Positions 39,277-49,907 are shown, counted from the stretch's first letter. The stretch: DNA of 64,000 nt from Clostridia bacterium (GCA_017467105.1 JAFTSU010000014.1:14359-78358), one strand, 5' to 3'. Numbers and translations: made by a program. The notes: generated by a model from the letters alone, not told the origin.

Positions 39277-42200
39277 TGGTATATCGAATTTACGTTGAAA
39301 AGAGAGAGGGCCTGGATCACGAGGCAAGAGCTCTTTGCTCCGAGATCAGAACGTTTCTTGGAATAGGCTCGGTGGACAGAGTCAGGATCCTTAACCGTTA
39401 CGACGCGGAGAATATCACGGAGGAGCTGTTTGATTACGCCGTTCGTACGGTGTTTTCCGAGCCTCAGCTTGATCTGGTTTACCGTAAAGTAGAAAACGAC
39501 GGCGCGACGGTTTTTGCTACAGAATATCTCCCGGGTCAATTTGATCAGCGCGCGGACAGTGCGGCTCAGTGTATCCAGCTTATTTCCCACGGTGAGAAGC
39601 CTACCGTTGCCAGCGCGAAGATCTATATGCTTTACGGCAGACTTTCTAAGGATGACATCGCCAGAATCAAAAAGCACGTTATAAATCCCGTTGAGGCAAG
39701 AGAGGCTTCTCTTGCTCCCCGTGATACTCTTGCAGGTGAGTACACCGTGCCTACTGAGGTCAAGACTCTGGACGGCTTCCTCGAGCTTGACGATTCCGGT
39801 CTTTCGGGTATTATAAATGAGATGGGTCTGGCTATGGATCTCGACGATATCAGATTCTGTCAGAGCTACTTCCGTACAGAGAAGAGATGTCCTACCGTAA
39901 CGGAGATCAAGATGATAGACACCTATTGGTCTGATCATTGCCGTCACACTACCTTCCTAACTACAATTGATAATATCACTTTCGAGGACGAGCTGCTTCA
40001 GCGCACGTACGAGGAATATCTCGCTTCCAGAAAATATTTGGACCGCACGAAGCCCCAGAACCTTATGGACATAGGCACTATTGCCGCAAAGTGTCTAAAA
40101 AAGGCGGGACGGCTTCAGGGCCTTGACGAGTCAGAGGAGATAAACGCCTGCACGGTCAAGATCACCGTAGACGTTGACGGCACTGCTGAGCCTTGGCTCC
40201 TTCTTTTCAAGAACGAAACTCACAATCACCCAACGGAGATAGAGCCCTTCGGCGGCGCGGCCACCTGTATCGGCGGCGCGATTCGCGATCCTCTCTCCGG
40301 CAGATCCTACGTTTACGCGGCTATGCGTCTTACAGGCGCGGCTGATCCTACCAAGCCTCTTTCCGATACTTTGGCCGGTAAGCTTCCTCAGCGTAAGATC
40401 GTAACCACGGCAGCAGCGGGATACTCGTCATACGGCAACCAGATAGGACTTGCTACGGGCATCGTAGACGAGATCTACCACGACGGTTATGCCGCAAAGC
40501 ATATGGAGGTCGGCGCGGTTATCGCCGCCGCTCCCGTGGCAAACGTCAGACGCGAGGTTCCCGCGCCCGGAGACCTTGTTGTTCTTCTTGGCGGCAGAAC
40601 CGGCAGAGACGGCTGTGGTGGTGCGACGGGATCATCCAAATCCCATAATCTTCAGTCACTTGAGAGCTGCGGCGCCGAGGTGCAGAAGGGAAATGCACCC
40701 GAGGAGAGAAAGCTTCAGCGTCTCTTCAGAAATCCCAAGGTCTCATCTATGATCAAGCGCTGTAACGATTTCGGAGCGGGCGGCGTTTCCGTTGCGATTG
40801 GAGAGCTTGCGGACGGACTTGATATAGACCTTAACGCAGTACCTAAGAAGTATGATGGCCTTGACGGAACAGAGCTTGCCATCAGCGAATCTCAGGAGCG
40901 TATGGCTGTTGTTATAGAGTCCAAGAACCGCAAGAAATTCTTAGATCTTGCTATGACCGAAAACCTTGAGGCAACTGTTGTTGCCAAGGTGAAGGCTGAC
41001 CCCAGACTCACTATGAAATGGAATGGCAAGACCATAGTGGATATAAGCCGAGAGTTCTTGAATTCCAACGGAGCGGAGAAGCATATAAGCATAAACGCCG
41101 CACCCGTGTGCGATTATTCTAAGGAAATACCTCAGAGCTTTGCTGACGGAATGAGCGGAATTGCAAATGGACTTAACACCTGCTCAAAGCGGGGTCTCTC
41201 CGAGAGATTTGACAGCACCATAGGAGCGGGCACCGTTCTTATGCCCTTTGGCGGCAAATATCAGCGCACACCCATTCAGGCAATGGTACACAAGATATCG
41301 GTGGAGAAGGGACATACCGATCTTGCTTCGTATATGTCCTGGGGATATAACCCCGATCTGTCATCCAAGAGCCCCTATCACGGAGCTTATCTTGCGGTAG
41401 TCGAGTCAGTCAGCAAGCTGATCGCAACCGGAGCGGAATATAAGGACGTATATCTTACCTTCCAGGAATATTTTGAGAAGCCCGGCAAGGATCCCTCCCG
41501 TTGGGGAAAGCCGCTCTCCGCGCTTCTTGGCGCATATAAGGCGCAGATGGATCTTGGAATTGCGGCAATAGGCGGTAAGGATTCTATGAGCGGCAGCTTT
41601 GAGAAGCTTGACGTTCCTCCCACGCTTATTTCCTTCGCAGTTACAACCGACCCGGCGTCGTGCGCCGTATCACCCGAGTTCAAGGAGGCGTCTCATAAGC
41701 TCGTTCTTATCTCTCCCGAATATGATAAGGACGGTCTGCCGGTTACTGACAGTCTCCTTAAAACCTACGGCACCGTTACATCACTTATGCGCGAGGGCAG
41801 AGTGTATTCAGCGTACACCGTAGCCTACGGCGGTATAGCCGAGGCTGTGCTTAAGATGAGCCTCGGAAACGGCTTCGGCTTCACCTTCGATCCGTCGCTT
41901 ACTCTCGCTGATATCTTCGGCTACAAGTACGGCTCGTTCTTGCTTGAGGTTGCGGAAGGCGAGAGAGTTGGTGATCCGATCGGCGTGATCACAGAGGAGA
42001 ATGAGTTCGTTTGGAACGGCGAAAAGCTCGACACGGGTGCGGTCATAAAGCTTTACGAGGATAAGCTTGAGTCCGTATATCCCTGCAATATCGAATATGA
42101 TACGGAGATGCCTAAAACCGTATCCAGCAAGCCGCGCGAGAGAGTTTCTCCCCACGTAAATGTTGCAAAGCCCCGCGTTTTGATTCCCGTATTCCCAGGC

Positions 42201-42968
42201 ACGAACTGTGAGTACGATTCTGCCAAGGCTGTTACGGATGCAGGCGCAGAGGCTGAGATATTCGTTATCAACAATCTTACGGCTGACGGAATCAAGCGCT
42301 CTGCGGAGACCTTTGCGGAAAAGATCAAGGCGTCTCAGGCAATATTCGTTCCCGGTGGCTTTTCGGGCGGAGACGAGCCGGACGGCTCCGGTAAATTTAT
42401 TACCGCTTTCTTCCGCGGCGAGATCGTAAAGGGTGCGGTAAGCGAGCTTCTTGACTCCCGTGACGGACTTATGTGCGGTATCTGTAACGGCTTCCAGGCT
42501 CTTATCAAGCTTGGACTTTTGCCTTACGGCAAGATCATTGATACTGACGAGAAGTGTCCCACTCTTACCTTTAACAATATTTCTCGCCATCAGTCAAAGA
42601 TAGTCAGAACGCGCATTGCGTCTAATATGTCACCCTGGCTCTCTCTTTGCGAGGTAGGTGAAATATATAACGTTCCGATCTCTCACGGCGAGGGTAAGTT
42701 TATAGCAACGGATAAGGTTATCCGTCAGCTTATAAGGAACGCTCAGATAGCTACTCAGTACGTTGATATGGAGGGTAAGGCAACCTACGATATCGACTAC
42801 AACCCCAACGGATCCACTTTGGCTATAGAGGGTATTACCTCTCCCGACGGACGTGTATTCGGTAAAATGGGTCATTCCGAGCGTATAGGAAAGGATCTTT
42901 ACCGCAACGTTATCGGCGAGTACGATATTAAGATGTTTAAGTCGATGGTCAAGTATTTCAAGGGCTGA
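39276..42968 (+). CDS. purL: FGAM synthase (fused clostridial type)
   Basis: WSDHCRH, ETHNHP, SESQERM; glutaminase domain FPGTNCE, GICNGFQ and MGHSER. Confidence 0.96.
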   Translation: MVYRIYVEKREGLDHEARALCSEIRTFLGIGSVDRVRILNRYDAENITEELFDYAVRTVFSEPQLDLVYRKVENDGATVFATEYLPGQFDQRADSAAQCIQLISHGEKPTVASAKIYMLYGRLSKDDIARIKKHVINPVEAREASLAPRDTLAGEYTVPTEVKTLDGFLELDDSGLSGIINEMGLAMDLDDIRFCQSYFRTEKRCPTVTEIKMIDTYWSDHCRHTTFLTTIDNITFEDELLQRTYEEYLASRKYLDRTKPQNLMDIGTIAAKCLKKAGRLQGLDESEEINACTVKITVDVDGTAEPWLLLFKNETHNHPTEIEPFGGAATCIGGAIRDPLSGRSYVYAAMRLTGAADPTKPLSDTLAGKLPQRKIVTTAAAGYSSYGNQIGLATGIVDEIYHDGYAAKHMEVGAVIAAAPVANVRREVPAPGDLVVLLGGRTGRDGCGGATGSSKSHNLQSLESCGAEVQKGNAPEERKLQRLFRNPKVSSMIKRCNDFGAGGVSVAIGELADGLDIDLNAVPKKYDGLDGTELAISESQERMAVVIESKNRKKFLDLAMTENLEATVVAKVKADPRLTMKWNGKTIVDISREFLNSNGAEKHISINAAPVCDYSKEIPQSFADGMSGIANGLNTCSKRGLSERFDSTIGAGTVLMPFGGKYQRTPIQAMVHKISVEKGHTDLASYMSWGYNPDLSSKSPYHGAYLAVVESVSKLIATGAEYKDVYLTFQEYFEKPGKDPSRWGKPLSALLGAYKAQMDLGIAAIGGKDSMSGSFEKLDVPPTLISFAVTTDPASCAVSPEFKEASHKLVLISPEYDKDGLPVTDSLLKTYGTVTSLMREGRVYSAYTVAYGGIAEAVLKMSLGNGFGFTFDPSLTLADIFGYKYGSFLLEVAEGERVGDPIGVITEENEFVWNGEKLDTGAVIKLYEDKLESVYPCNIEYDTEMPKTVSSKPRERVSPHVNVAKPRVLIPVFPGTNCEYDSAKAVTDAGAEAEIFVINNLTADGIKRSAETFAEKIKASQAIFVPGGFSGGDEPDGSGKFITAFFRGEIVKGAVSELLDSRDGLMCGICNGFQALIKLGLLPYGKIIDTDEKCPTLTFNNISRHQSKIVRTRIASNMSPWLSLCEVGEIYNVPISHGEGKFIATDKVIRQLIRNAQIATQYVDMEGKATYDIDYNPNGSTLAIEGITSPDGRVFGKMGHSERIGKDLYRNVIGEYDIKMFKSMVKYFKG

Positions 42969-42987
42969 ATAATATAGTAAAACACAC

Positions 42988-43031
42988 GGACCGGGTCTGC
43001 TTTAATCAGAGCAAATCCGGTCTGCTTTTTC
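42988..43031 (+). terminator. pur operon terminator
   Basis: GGACCGGGTCTGCT...AGCAAATCCGGTCT then GCTTTTT. Confidence 0.65.
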
Positions 43032-43182
43032 GCCTTATTCAACATCACTCTGAACACGAAAAACGGCGCTGCTGTTATTTTGAAAAGAGTATTGACTTTT
43101 ATTTATTGCTATGATAAAATGGCAGAGGTATAATCACTTAGGTTGTTGATAATTAGTCTACTGTGTCATAGCGAGGAAAATT

Positions 43183-44109
43183 ATGTGGGTGTATTACTTG
43201 ATGCTGATCGGAGCGGTATTGCTGTTTTCCATTCAGTTCGTATTCTCAAAATGCTATCAGAGGGAGAAGGGCTCTTCCTTCTTCTACTCAATGCTCTTCA
43301 GCGTTATAACGGGCGCTGTATCAATTCCGTATTTTTTGATACTCAACGGCTCGCGCCTTGAGATGACACCGTTTTCTCTTTTCTTGGCTGTGCTGTATTC
43401 CATTGACGCCCTGGCTTGCACGGTCTTTGGCGTCAAGACCCTTGAGCGCGCCAATCTTTCGGTATATTCTCTGTTTATGATGCTGGGCGGTATGCTTCTG
43501 CCTTTCCTATACGGATTTACTCTGGGCGAGGAAATGACGTTAATTAAGGGAGTCGCTATGCTGCTTGTGCTTCTTTCTATGGCTTTTACGCTGAAGAAGG
43601 AGGACGGAAAGAAAACCGATCTGTTTTTGGTTCTATGCTACGGAGTAATTTTCGTCACCAACGGCTTGACGGGCGTAATGACATTTATGCATCAGCGTGC
43701 TACCGTTGCCGTAGTCAGCGCGTCCGGCTTCCTGCTGTTATCCAATATAGTTAAGACGGTTTTGGCTCTGGCGGTCGTTGCGGGCATTTTTATCGCAGCA
43801 AAAGTCAGAGGAAAAGACGCTATGTTGGTTCATGGCGCAGCAGAGGGTAAAAGAAAGCCTTCACCGATAAAGAGTTGGGTGGTTGCCGTGGGATGCGCGG
43901 TCGGATTCGCTTTTGTAAACGGTACGGGCTCGCTTCTTTCTACTCTGACCGCCTCGTACATAGAGGCGGGTATACAGTCAACGATCGGAACGGGCGGCTG
44001 CCTCTTAATGTCTGCTCTGTTTGGGCTTTTATTTGGCGAGAGAATAACGAAAAAAACGGTTTTTACGTTAGCTTGCGCACTGACAGGCACCGTATTAATA
44101 ATGCTTTAG
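43183..44109 (+). CDS. DMT/EamA-like membrane transporter
   Basis: About 10 TM helices in two repeats, each ending in GE.[MI]T; first gene of a sugar-kinase cluster. Confidence 0.7.
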   Translation: MWVYYLMLIGAVLLFSIQFVFSKCYQREKGSSFFYSMLFSVITGAVSIPYFLILNGSRLEMTPFSLFLAVLYSIDALACTVFGVKTLERANLSVYSLFMMLGGMLLPFLYGFTLGEEMTLIKGVAMLLVLLSMAFTLKKEDGKKTDLFLVLCYGVIFVTNGLTGVMTFMHQRATVAVVSASGFLLLSNIVKTVLALAVVAGIFIAAKVRGKDAMLVHGAAEGKRKPSPIKSWVVAVGCAVGFAFVNGTGSLLSTLTASYIEAGIQSTIGTGGCLLMSALFGLLFGERITKKTVFTLACALTGTVLIML

Positions 44110-44182
44110 ATTTACACGCCCCCGGGGTTAAGGTGGAAAATAGGACTTTTTCGCATTTTGCAGGTTGTAAAGGAGTATTTCA

Positions 44183-45139
44183 TTGCTAAAAAAATATTAT
44201 ATTGCCGCTGATGGTGGCGGAAGCAAGCTTCAGACTGTTTTGTACGATGAGTGCTTTCGCGTAATACGCACAGAGAGAATCGCCGGAGTTAATACGCTTT
44301 TTAAACCGGAGTCTCTGGTTCGTGAAAGCGTTGGAGAAATGATAGACGGGCTTCTTGACGGATTAGACGGCGTGATAGCGGGCGCCGATCTTTGTATGCT
44401 CGGCGCAGTTGACATTATGTCATCTGTCATCCGCCGACATAGCCCGGACGCAGATATACGTATGATCGAGGAGCCTGTGGCCGGACTTGCCTCAGCGCTA
44501 AAAACGGGCGGCGCTGTATCACTGTCGGGTACGGGATCGGATGCCTTTTTTGTAAAGGAAGGCAAGACTTTATCCGTCGTAGGCGGATGGGGTCCTCTTC
44601 TCGGTGACGAGGGAAGCGGATACGATATAGGTCTTTCAGCTATACGTGCGGCGATTTATTCTCACGATGGCAGGGGTGAGAAAACCGCCATCTATGATCT
44701 GATTATGGAAGAGTGGAAGCTTCGGGATCTTTGGGAAATCGTAACACGGCTGGCGGGTAATCCGGATGCGCGTCATCAGGTTGCGTCTGTAGCCGCGCTT
44801 TGCTCGAGAGCTGCAAAGGCGGGAGACTGTGTTGCTCTCGGTATTTACGAGAAAGCGGCAGACGCTTTGTTTTTACAGATACGTACTGCTATTAACCGTC
44901 ACTATGAGGACTGGGACGGTACGGTTGCGGTTATGGGTGGTGCTTGGAAGGGTCACACCGTGATGCTGGAGAGATTTGAGGCGCAGCTTGTCAGAGAGTA
45001 TCCGATCGCACGTGTTTTCCATCCCATTTTTGAACCGGTGGCAGGTTGCGCCGTGCTTCGCGGATTAAGTATGGGTCACAGCATCCCGTTTCTAAGGGCC
45101 GCTATGACAGATGGCTTTTCAATTTTTCTTCATCCGTGA
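44183..45139 (+). CDS. BadF/BadG/BcrA/BcrD-type (GlcNAc kinase-like) sugar kinase
   Basis: ADGGGSK, SGTGS and GGWGPLLGDEGSGY motifs. Confidence 0.85.
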   Translation: MLKKYYIAADGGGSKLQTVLYDECFRVIRTERIAGVNTLFKPESLVRESVGEMIDGLLDGLDGVIAGADLCMLGAVDIMSSVIRRHSPDADIRMIEEPVAGLASALKTGGAVSLSGTGSDAFFVKEGKTLSVVGGWGPLLGDEGSGYDIGLSAIRAAIYSHDGRGEKTAIYDLIMEEWKLRDLWEIVTRLAGNPDARHQVASVAALCSRAAKAGDCVALGIYEKAADALFLQIRTAINRHYEDWDGTVAVMGGAWKGHTVMLERFEAQLVREYPIARVFHPIFEPVAGCAVLRGLSMGHSIPFLRAAMTDGFSIFLHP

Positions 45140-45183
45140 CTTCCGTCCGACGTTTTTATTCATAACTAACAAGGAGTATTATT

Positions 45184-45924
45184 ATGTCAGCAATTCAAAA
45201 CTACTATAATCGCATTGATGAAATAATGAAAGAAGTTTTTTCCGAAGAAGCCGACAATATGGAAAAGGCGGCAGAGATAATTGCGCAAGCGAATGAGGAC
45301 GGCAGATCCGTTTTCGGCTTCGGATGCAATCACGCAGGCCTTATAACCCTCGAGCTGTTTTATCGAACGGGCGGTATGGTGACTATAAACCCCATCAGAG
45401 CGCCGGGTATGATGCTTGAGCTCTCTCCTCCCACTATGACCAGCGAGATGGAGCGTATGGCAGGCTATGGCAGAATTATTTTAAATAATGAGCCTTGCCG
45501 TGAGGGCGACGTTCTGATTATTCACTCCGTTTCGGGACGTAACGCTGTTACAATAGATATGGCTGAGTGCGCCAGAGAAAAGGGAATGACCGTTATCGTG
45601 CTTACAAATATGAACACAGCCACGTCCGTTACCTCGCGTCATCCGTCGGGAAAGATGCTTCACGATTTTGCGTCTGTTCTTATCGACAATCACGGTGACA
45701 GAGGCGACGCCACAATAGAGCTTCCGGGCTTTGAGCAGAAGCTTGCATCATCCTCCACCGTTGTCGGCGCCGCTATTCTGAACGCTGTTACGGCTCGCGC
45801 CTCAGAGATACTCTACGCAAAGGGCATAAAGCCTCCCGTGTTTATGAGCGGTAACATCGACGGAGGAGATGCGTACAACAAGGCGGTAATCGCCGAGCAC
45901 AAGGACAATATTTTCTATATGTAA
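45184..45924 (+). CDS. SIS-domain sugar-phosphate isomerase family protein
   Basis: FGCNHA, ELFYRTGG, HSVSGRN, SRHPSGK and PPVFMSGN.DG. Confidence 0.85.
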   Translation: MSAIQNYYNRIDEIMKEVFSEEADNMEKAAEIIAQANEDGRSVFGFGCNHAGLITLELFYRTGGMVTINPIRAPGMMLELSPPTMTSEMERMAGYGRIILNNEPCREGDVLIIHSVSGRNAVTIDMAECAREKGMTVIVLTNMNTATSVTSRHPSGKMLHDFASVLIDNHGDRGDATIELPGFEQKLASSSTVVGAAILNAVTARASEILYAKGIKPPVFMSGNIDGGDAYNKAVIAEHKDNIFYM

Positions 45925-45952
45925 AAAATCAATAATTAAAAAGGAAATAAAA

Positions 45953-46600
45953 ATGTTGATTGATAGATATCAGGCGGCGATAGATGAGCTGCTTTTAAAG
46001 GTCAGGGATAGCCAGAGAGAAAACATAATCAAGGCAGGCGAAATAGTTGCCGAGGCTGTTGAGAGTGGACATAAGGTTTACCTTGGACGTATTGTGCATT
46101 ACATAGAGATGGATCTGATCTACCGTGGAGGCGGCCCAATATTCTACAAGGAATATAAGCCGGATGAAACAGAGCTGAAGGAGGGCGACGTTTTGTTTGT
46201 TTCCTCCGTTTCCGGCAGATCGAAGGGTACTGTCGATCTTGCTTGGGATGCTATGCAGAAGGGAGTCAAGGTTATCGCGTTTACCTCGATGAGCTATGCC
46301 ACACAGGTGGATCCCGTACACGAATCGGGCAAAAAGCTATACGAGTTTGTAACTCTTACGCTTGATAATTGCGCTCCCGCGGCTGAGGCAATGCTCGAGG
46401 TTGAGGGAATAGAGGCGCGATTTGCTGCCGCGTCCGGAATTGCGTCCGATTATATTATGTGGAGTCTTACCTCAGCGTGTGTGGATAAGATGCTGAAGGA
46501 CGGCTATACTCCCGGAATACTCAAAAGCGCAAACTACCCCGGTGGAAACGACTATAACAAGACTGTTATTGAACCCCACTATGATGAATTCGGCTGGTAA
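45953..46600 (+). CDS. Second, shorter SIS-domain protein
   Basis: LIYRGGG, SSVSGRS, HESGKKL and LKSANYPGG; paralogous to the preceding gene. Confidence 0.8.
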   Translation: MLIDRYQAAIDELLLKVRDSQRENIIKAGEIVAEAVESGHKVYLGRIVHYIEMDLIYRGGGPIFYKEYKPDETELKEGDVLFVSSVSGRSKGTVDLAWDAMQKGVKVIAFTSMSYATQVDPVHESGKKLYEFVTLTLDNCAPAAEAMLEVEGIEARFAAASGIASDYIMWSLTSACVDKMLKDGYTPGILKSANYPGGNDYNKTVIEPHYDEFGW

Positions 46601-46630
46601 TAGCGAGAAATAATCAAATATAATTAACTT

Positions 46631-46696
46631 CCGACCGCAGTTGGAGTGATGTCCTTAACGGACAAATCACGCTAACTGCGGTCGGGTGCTTTTTTA
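46631..46696 (+). terminator. Long hairpin terminator with a GTCC-TTAAC-GGAC apex
   Basis: CCGACCGCAGTT...AACTGCGGTCGG followed by a T-tract. Confidence 0.7.
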
Positions 46697-46917
46697 AAAA
46701 TGCATTTTGCTCGGTTTTATAGATTCTGATCTGTAAAAAGCAGGGATTTTTCTTGCGTTCGGATGGAAGCCATATCGGATTTTTATACTGCAAATTACCT
46801 GAAATGGCGCGGGTTTTCATCATTATTCTTTGATTTTTTACATATTTAATTATTTTTAAGGTGTTATTGACATTTTTAAAATAAAGTGATAAAATATACG
46901 GTATGTGAGGTGGAAAA

Positions 46918-48309
46918 ATGCAAATAAACAGAGAATTATTTGAGAAAACTCCGGTACCGAGGGCGCTGGCGGCTCTGGCTGTACCGAGTATTATAAGTCA
47001 GCTGATCACTATGGTGTATAATATAGCCGATACGATCTTCATAGGTATGGCAAACGATCCGTCGAAGACGGCGGCTGCGTCACTGTCCTTTGTGCTTGTA
47101 TTTGCTATGAACTGCTTTGGTAATCTTTTCGGCGTTGGAGGCGGAAGCCTTATTTCGAGGCTTCTTGGAGAAAAGAAGGATTCGGACGCGGCGCAGGTGG
47201 CTTCCTTCTCCTTTTGGGGCTCTATTCTTCTCTCAGCGATATATTCCTTGCTCGTTTTCGCATTTATTGAGCCGCTTATGAGGCTGCTAGGTGCTACGGA
47301 CAGCTCTGTTGGATACGCAATTGATTACGCGTTCTACGTTATTGTCTTAGGAGCGGTTCCGGCAACCGCATCGCTGACTCTGGCAAATCTCCTTCGCAGT
47401 GAGGGAAGGGCAAGCTACGCCAGCTTCGGTCTCGGTATGGGAGGAATACTGAATATCATACTCGATCCGCTGTTTATGTTCGTTATTCTCGAACCCGGTA
47501 ACGAGGTTAAGGGAGCGGCTATCGCCACGATGCTGTCGAACGTCGTCGTGCTTATCTACTTTCTCTGCGTATTTTTATATCTCACGAACAAGACGGTTCT
47601 CTCTATTTCTCCGAAGATCTGCATACCGGAGAAGAAATACGTTTACTCCGTTTTTGCCGTAGGCTTCCCATCCGCTCTTTCTTCTCTTTTTGCTTGTATA
47701 TCAAATCTTATAATCAACAACCTTGCATCCTCGTACAGCATCCTTTACGGTGATGTGCCCGTTGCGGCTATCGGAATAGCCAAGAAGATTGATATGCTTC
47801 CAATGAACGTCAGCATGGGTCTCTGTCAGGGAATGATGCCCCTTGTTGCCTATAATTATTCTGCTGGTAATTATAAGAGAATGAACGGCTTTACTAAGGC
47901 TGCGCGTAACACGGGTATAGCTTTTGCCGCTATATGCATTATAGTATTCCAGCTTTTCGGTAATACGATCGTAAGACTGTTTATCGGTGACGAAGCAACG
48001 GTCTCTATGGGAACGGATTTTCTCCGCATTCTTTGCCTCACCGTTCCTCTTCTCATTATAAATGTGCAGACCTGCTATACGTTTCAGGCGATGGGAATGG
48101 GCAAGCAGTCACTGCTGCTCTCTTCTATGAGACAAGGTCTTGTGCATATTCCTTTACTGTTTATTATGAACTATGCCTTAGGACTTTACGGAATAATATG
48201 GGCACAGCTTATTTCGGATTCTCTGACCTGCGTTATCTCTCTTTGGTTCTACGTCAGCTCATACAGAAAACTCTTTAAAGGCGATGATAAGGATATTGTC
48301 GCACCATAA
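46918..48309 (+). CDS. MATE family efflux transporter
   Basis: YNIADTIFIG, LRSEG, NIILDPLFM and GAAIAT motifs; about 12 TM helices. Confidence 0.92.
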   Translation: MQINRELFEKTPVPRALAALAVPSIISQLITMVYNIADTIFIGMANDPSKTAAASLSFVLVFAMNCFGNLFGVGGGSLISRLLGEKKDSDAAQVASFSFWGSILLSAIYSLLVFAFIEPLMRLLGATDSSVGYAIDYAFYVIVLGAVPATASLTLANLLRSEGRASYASFGLGMGGILNIILDPLFMFVILEPGNEVKGAAIATMLSNVVVLIYFLCVFLYLTNKTVLSISPKICIPEKKYVYSVFAVGFPSALSSLFACISNLIINNLASSYSILYGDVPVAAIGIAKKIDMLPMNVSMGLCQGMMPLVAYNYSAGNYKRMNGFTKAARNTGIAFAAICIIVFQLFGNTIVRLFIGDEATVSMGTDFLRILCLTVPLLIINVQTCYTFQAMGMGKQSLLLSSMRQGLVHIPLLFIMNYALGLYGIIWAQLISDSLTCVISLWFYVSSYRKLFKGDDKDIVAP

Positions 48310-48509
48310 AAGCAAAAAACGATATAATAAACGCAAATAAGGCGACCCGTGTAGAGAATTTTTCACGGACCGCCTTGTTATTTTGTAAAGAACTGTTTAC
48401 GATCATCAATTGTCTGAAAATATCCGGAAATTCAAGACGTGAAGCTTTTCACTAGAAGAAACAAGCAATTATCTGCGCTCAAAAATCGATTATTGTCGAT
48501 AAAACAGCT

Positions 48510-49730
48510 TTACGTGTTATGAATTTGTGCGAGTCTGTTGTATTTTGCCACTCTTTCGCTTCTGGTGGGGGCACCTGCTTTTATATACGGCGTACCGAGA
48601 CCAACCGCCAGATCGGATATAAAGGCGTCCTCCGTCTCTCCGGATCTGTGGGACATAACCGTAGTATAACCGTTTTTCTTGGCGAGCCTGATCAGCTCTA
48701 CCGTCTCTGTAAGCGTTCCTATTTGATTTGGCTTGACCAGCACACCGTTTCCAAGACCTTTCCTTATTCCGACTTGTAAACGCTTAGTGTTTGTCACAAA
48801 CAGATCGTCACCTATAAGCATAACGCTTTTTCCAAGCATTCGTGTCATCATCTCCCACCCTTCAGGATCGTCTTCACCCATTCCGTCCTCAATTGAGGCA
48901 ATTGGGTATTTATCCGCAAGCTCCAGGTAATATTCGCACATACGCTCCTTGCTGATGCGCCTTTTTGATTTAGTCATTCTGTACTCCCCGTTGGTCCACC
49001 ATTCGCTTGCTGCAACGTCAAGCCCCAGCTTGAATTCATCGCCGTATCCGGCCTCATTGATCGCTCTCGTTATAAGCCGCAGAGCATCCTCGTCGCTATC
49101 GAGATACGGAGCATACCCACCCTCGTCACCGAGAGCGATAGAAAACCCATCCCCCTCCAATATTTTGCCCAGCGTTTTATATATTTCCACGGATTTCCTG
49201 AGCTTCTCCGAAAAAGGAATATCCTTTGTCGGTATTATCATAAACTCCTGAATCTCCAGATTGTTTGATGCGTGCGCTCCTCCGTTTATAATATTAAGCA
49301 TAGGGGAGGGAATATCGCCCGTAAAGCATCCGCCAACGTAGCTGTAAAGCGGAATACCGAGGTGAGAGGCGCTCGCTCTCGCTATAGCGATAGAAACGGC
49401 AAGTATTGCGTTCGCTCCCAGCCGTTCCTTGCTTTCCGTACCGTCAAGCTCTATAAGCTTTTTATCTATCAGCTGCTGATCAGCAGTCATACCCACGATA
49501 GACTCGCGTATATTTCCGTTTACTGCCCCTACGGCTCCAAGCACCCCTTTTCCAAGGTATCTGCTTTTATCTCCGTCTCTTTTTTCGTGCGCCTCATACT
49601 TTCCAACGGAAGCACCCGATGGCACCTTGGAGACCCCTTTAGCTCCGCTCTCTAAAATTACCGTTGCTTCAACCGTAGGATCTCCTCTTGAGTCGAGGAC
49701 CTCACGGGCGAAAACTTCCTTTATCTTCAT
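48510..49730 (-). CDS. eno: Enolase (divergent, short C-terminus)
   Basis: DSRGDPTVE, PSGAS, QEFMI, GDEGG, DVAASE, GDDLFVTN, KPNQIG and SHRSGET; catalytic residues retained. Confidence 0.92.
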   Translation of the reverse strand: MKIKEVFAREVLDSRGDPTVEATVILESGAKGVSKVPSGASVGKYEAHEKRDGDKSRYLGKGVLGAVGAVNGNIRESIVGMTADQQLIDKKLIELDGTESKERLGANAILAVSIAIARASASHLGIPLYSYVGGCFTGDIPSPMLNIINGGAHASNNLEIQEFMIIPTKDIPFSEKLRKSVEIYKTLGKILEGDGFSIALGDEGGYAPYLDSDEDALRLITRAINEAGYGDEFKLGLDVAASEWWTNGEYRMTKSKRRISKERMCEYYLELADKYPIASIEDGMGEDDPEGWEMMTRMLGKSVMLIGDDLFVTNTKRLQVGIRKGLGNGVLVKPNQIGTLTETVELIRLAKKNGYTTVMSHRSGETEDAFISDLAVGLGTPYIKAGAPTRSERVAKYNRLAQIHNT

Positions 49731-49872
49731 CCTTATACTCCTTTTTTCAGCATTGTTCCACGCGAGAGAGTTTTTATACCTGATTCCTTTAAAAACGTAA
49801 AAAGGTGCCACCCGTGTAAAAAAATAACATATAGATGAAGATTATCCCAGCCGAAAAACGTGGATATACATA

Positions 49873-49903
49873 AAAAAACGGCTGATGGGAGCACCAGCCG
49901 TTG
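49873..49903 (-). terminator. Terminator after folC
   Basis: AACGGCTG...CAGCCGTT hairpin, with a T-tract on the minus strand. Confidence 0.65.
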
Positions 49904-49907
49904 AAAA

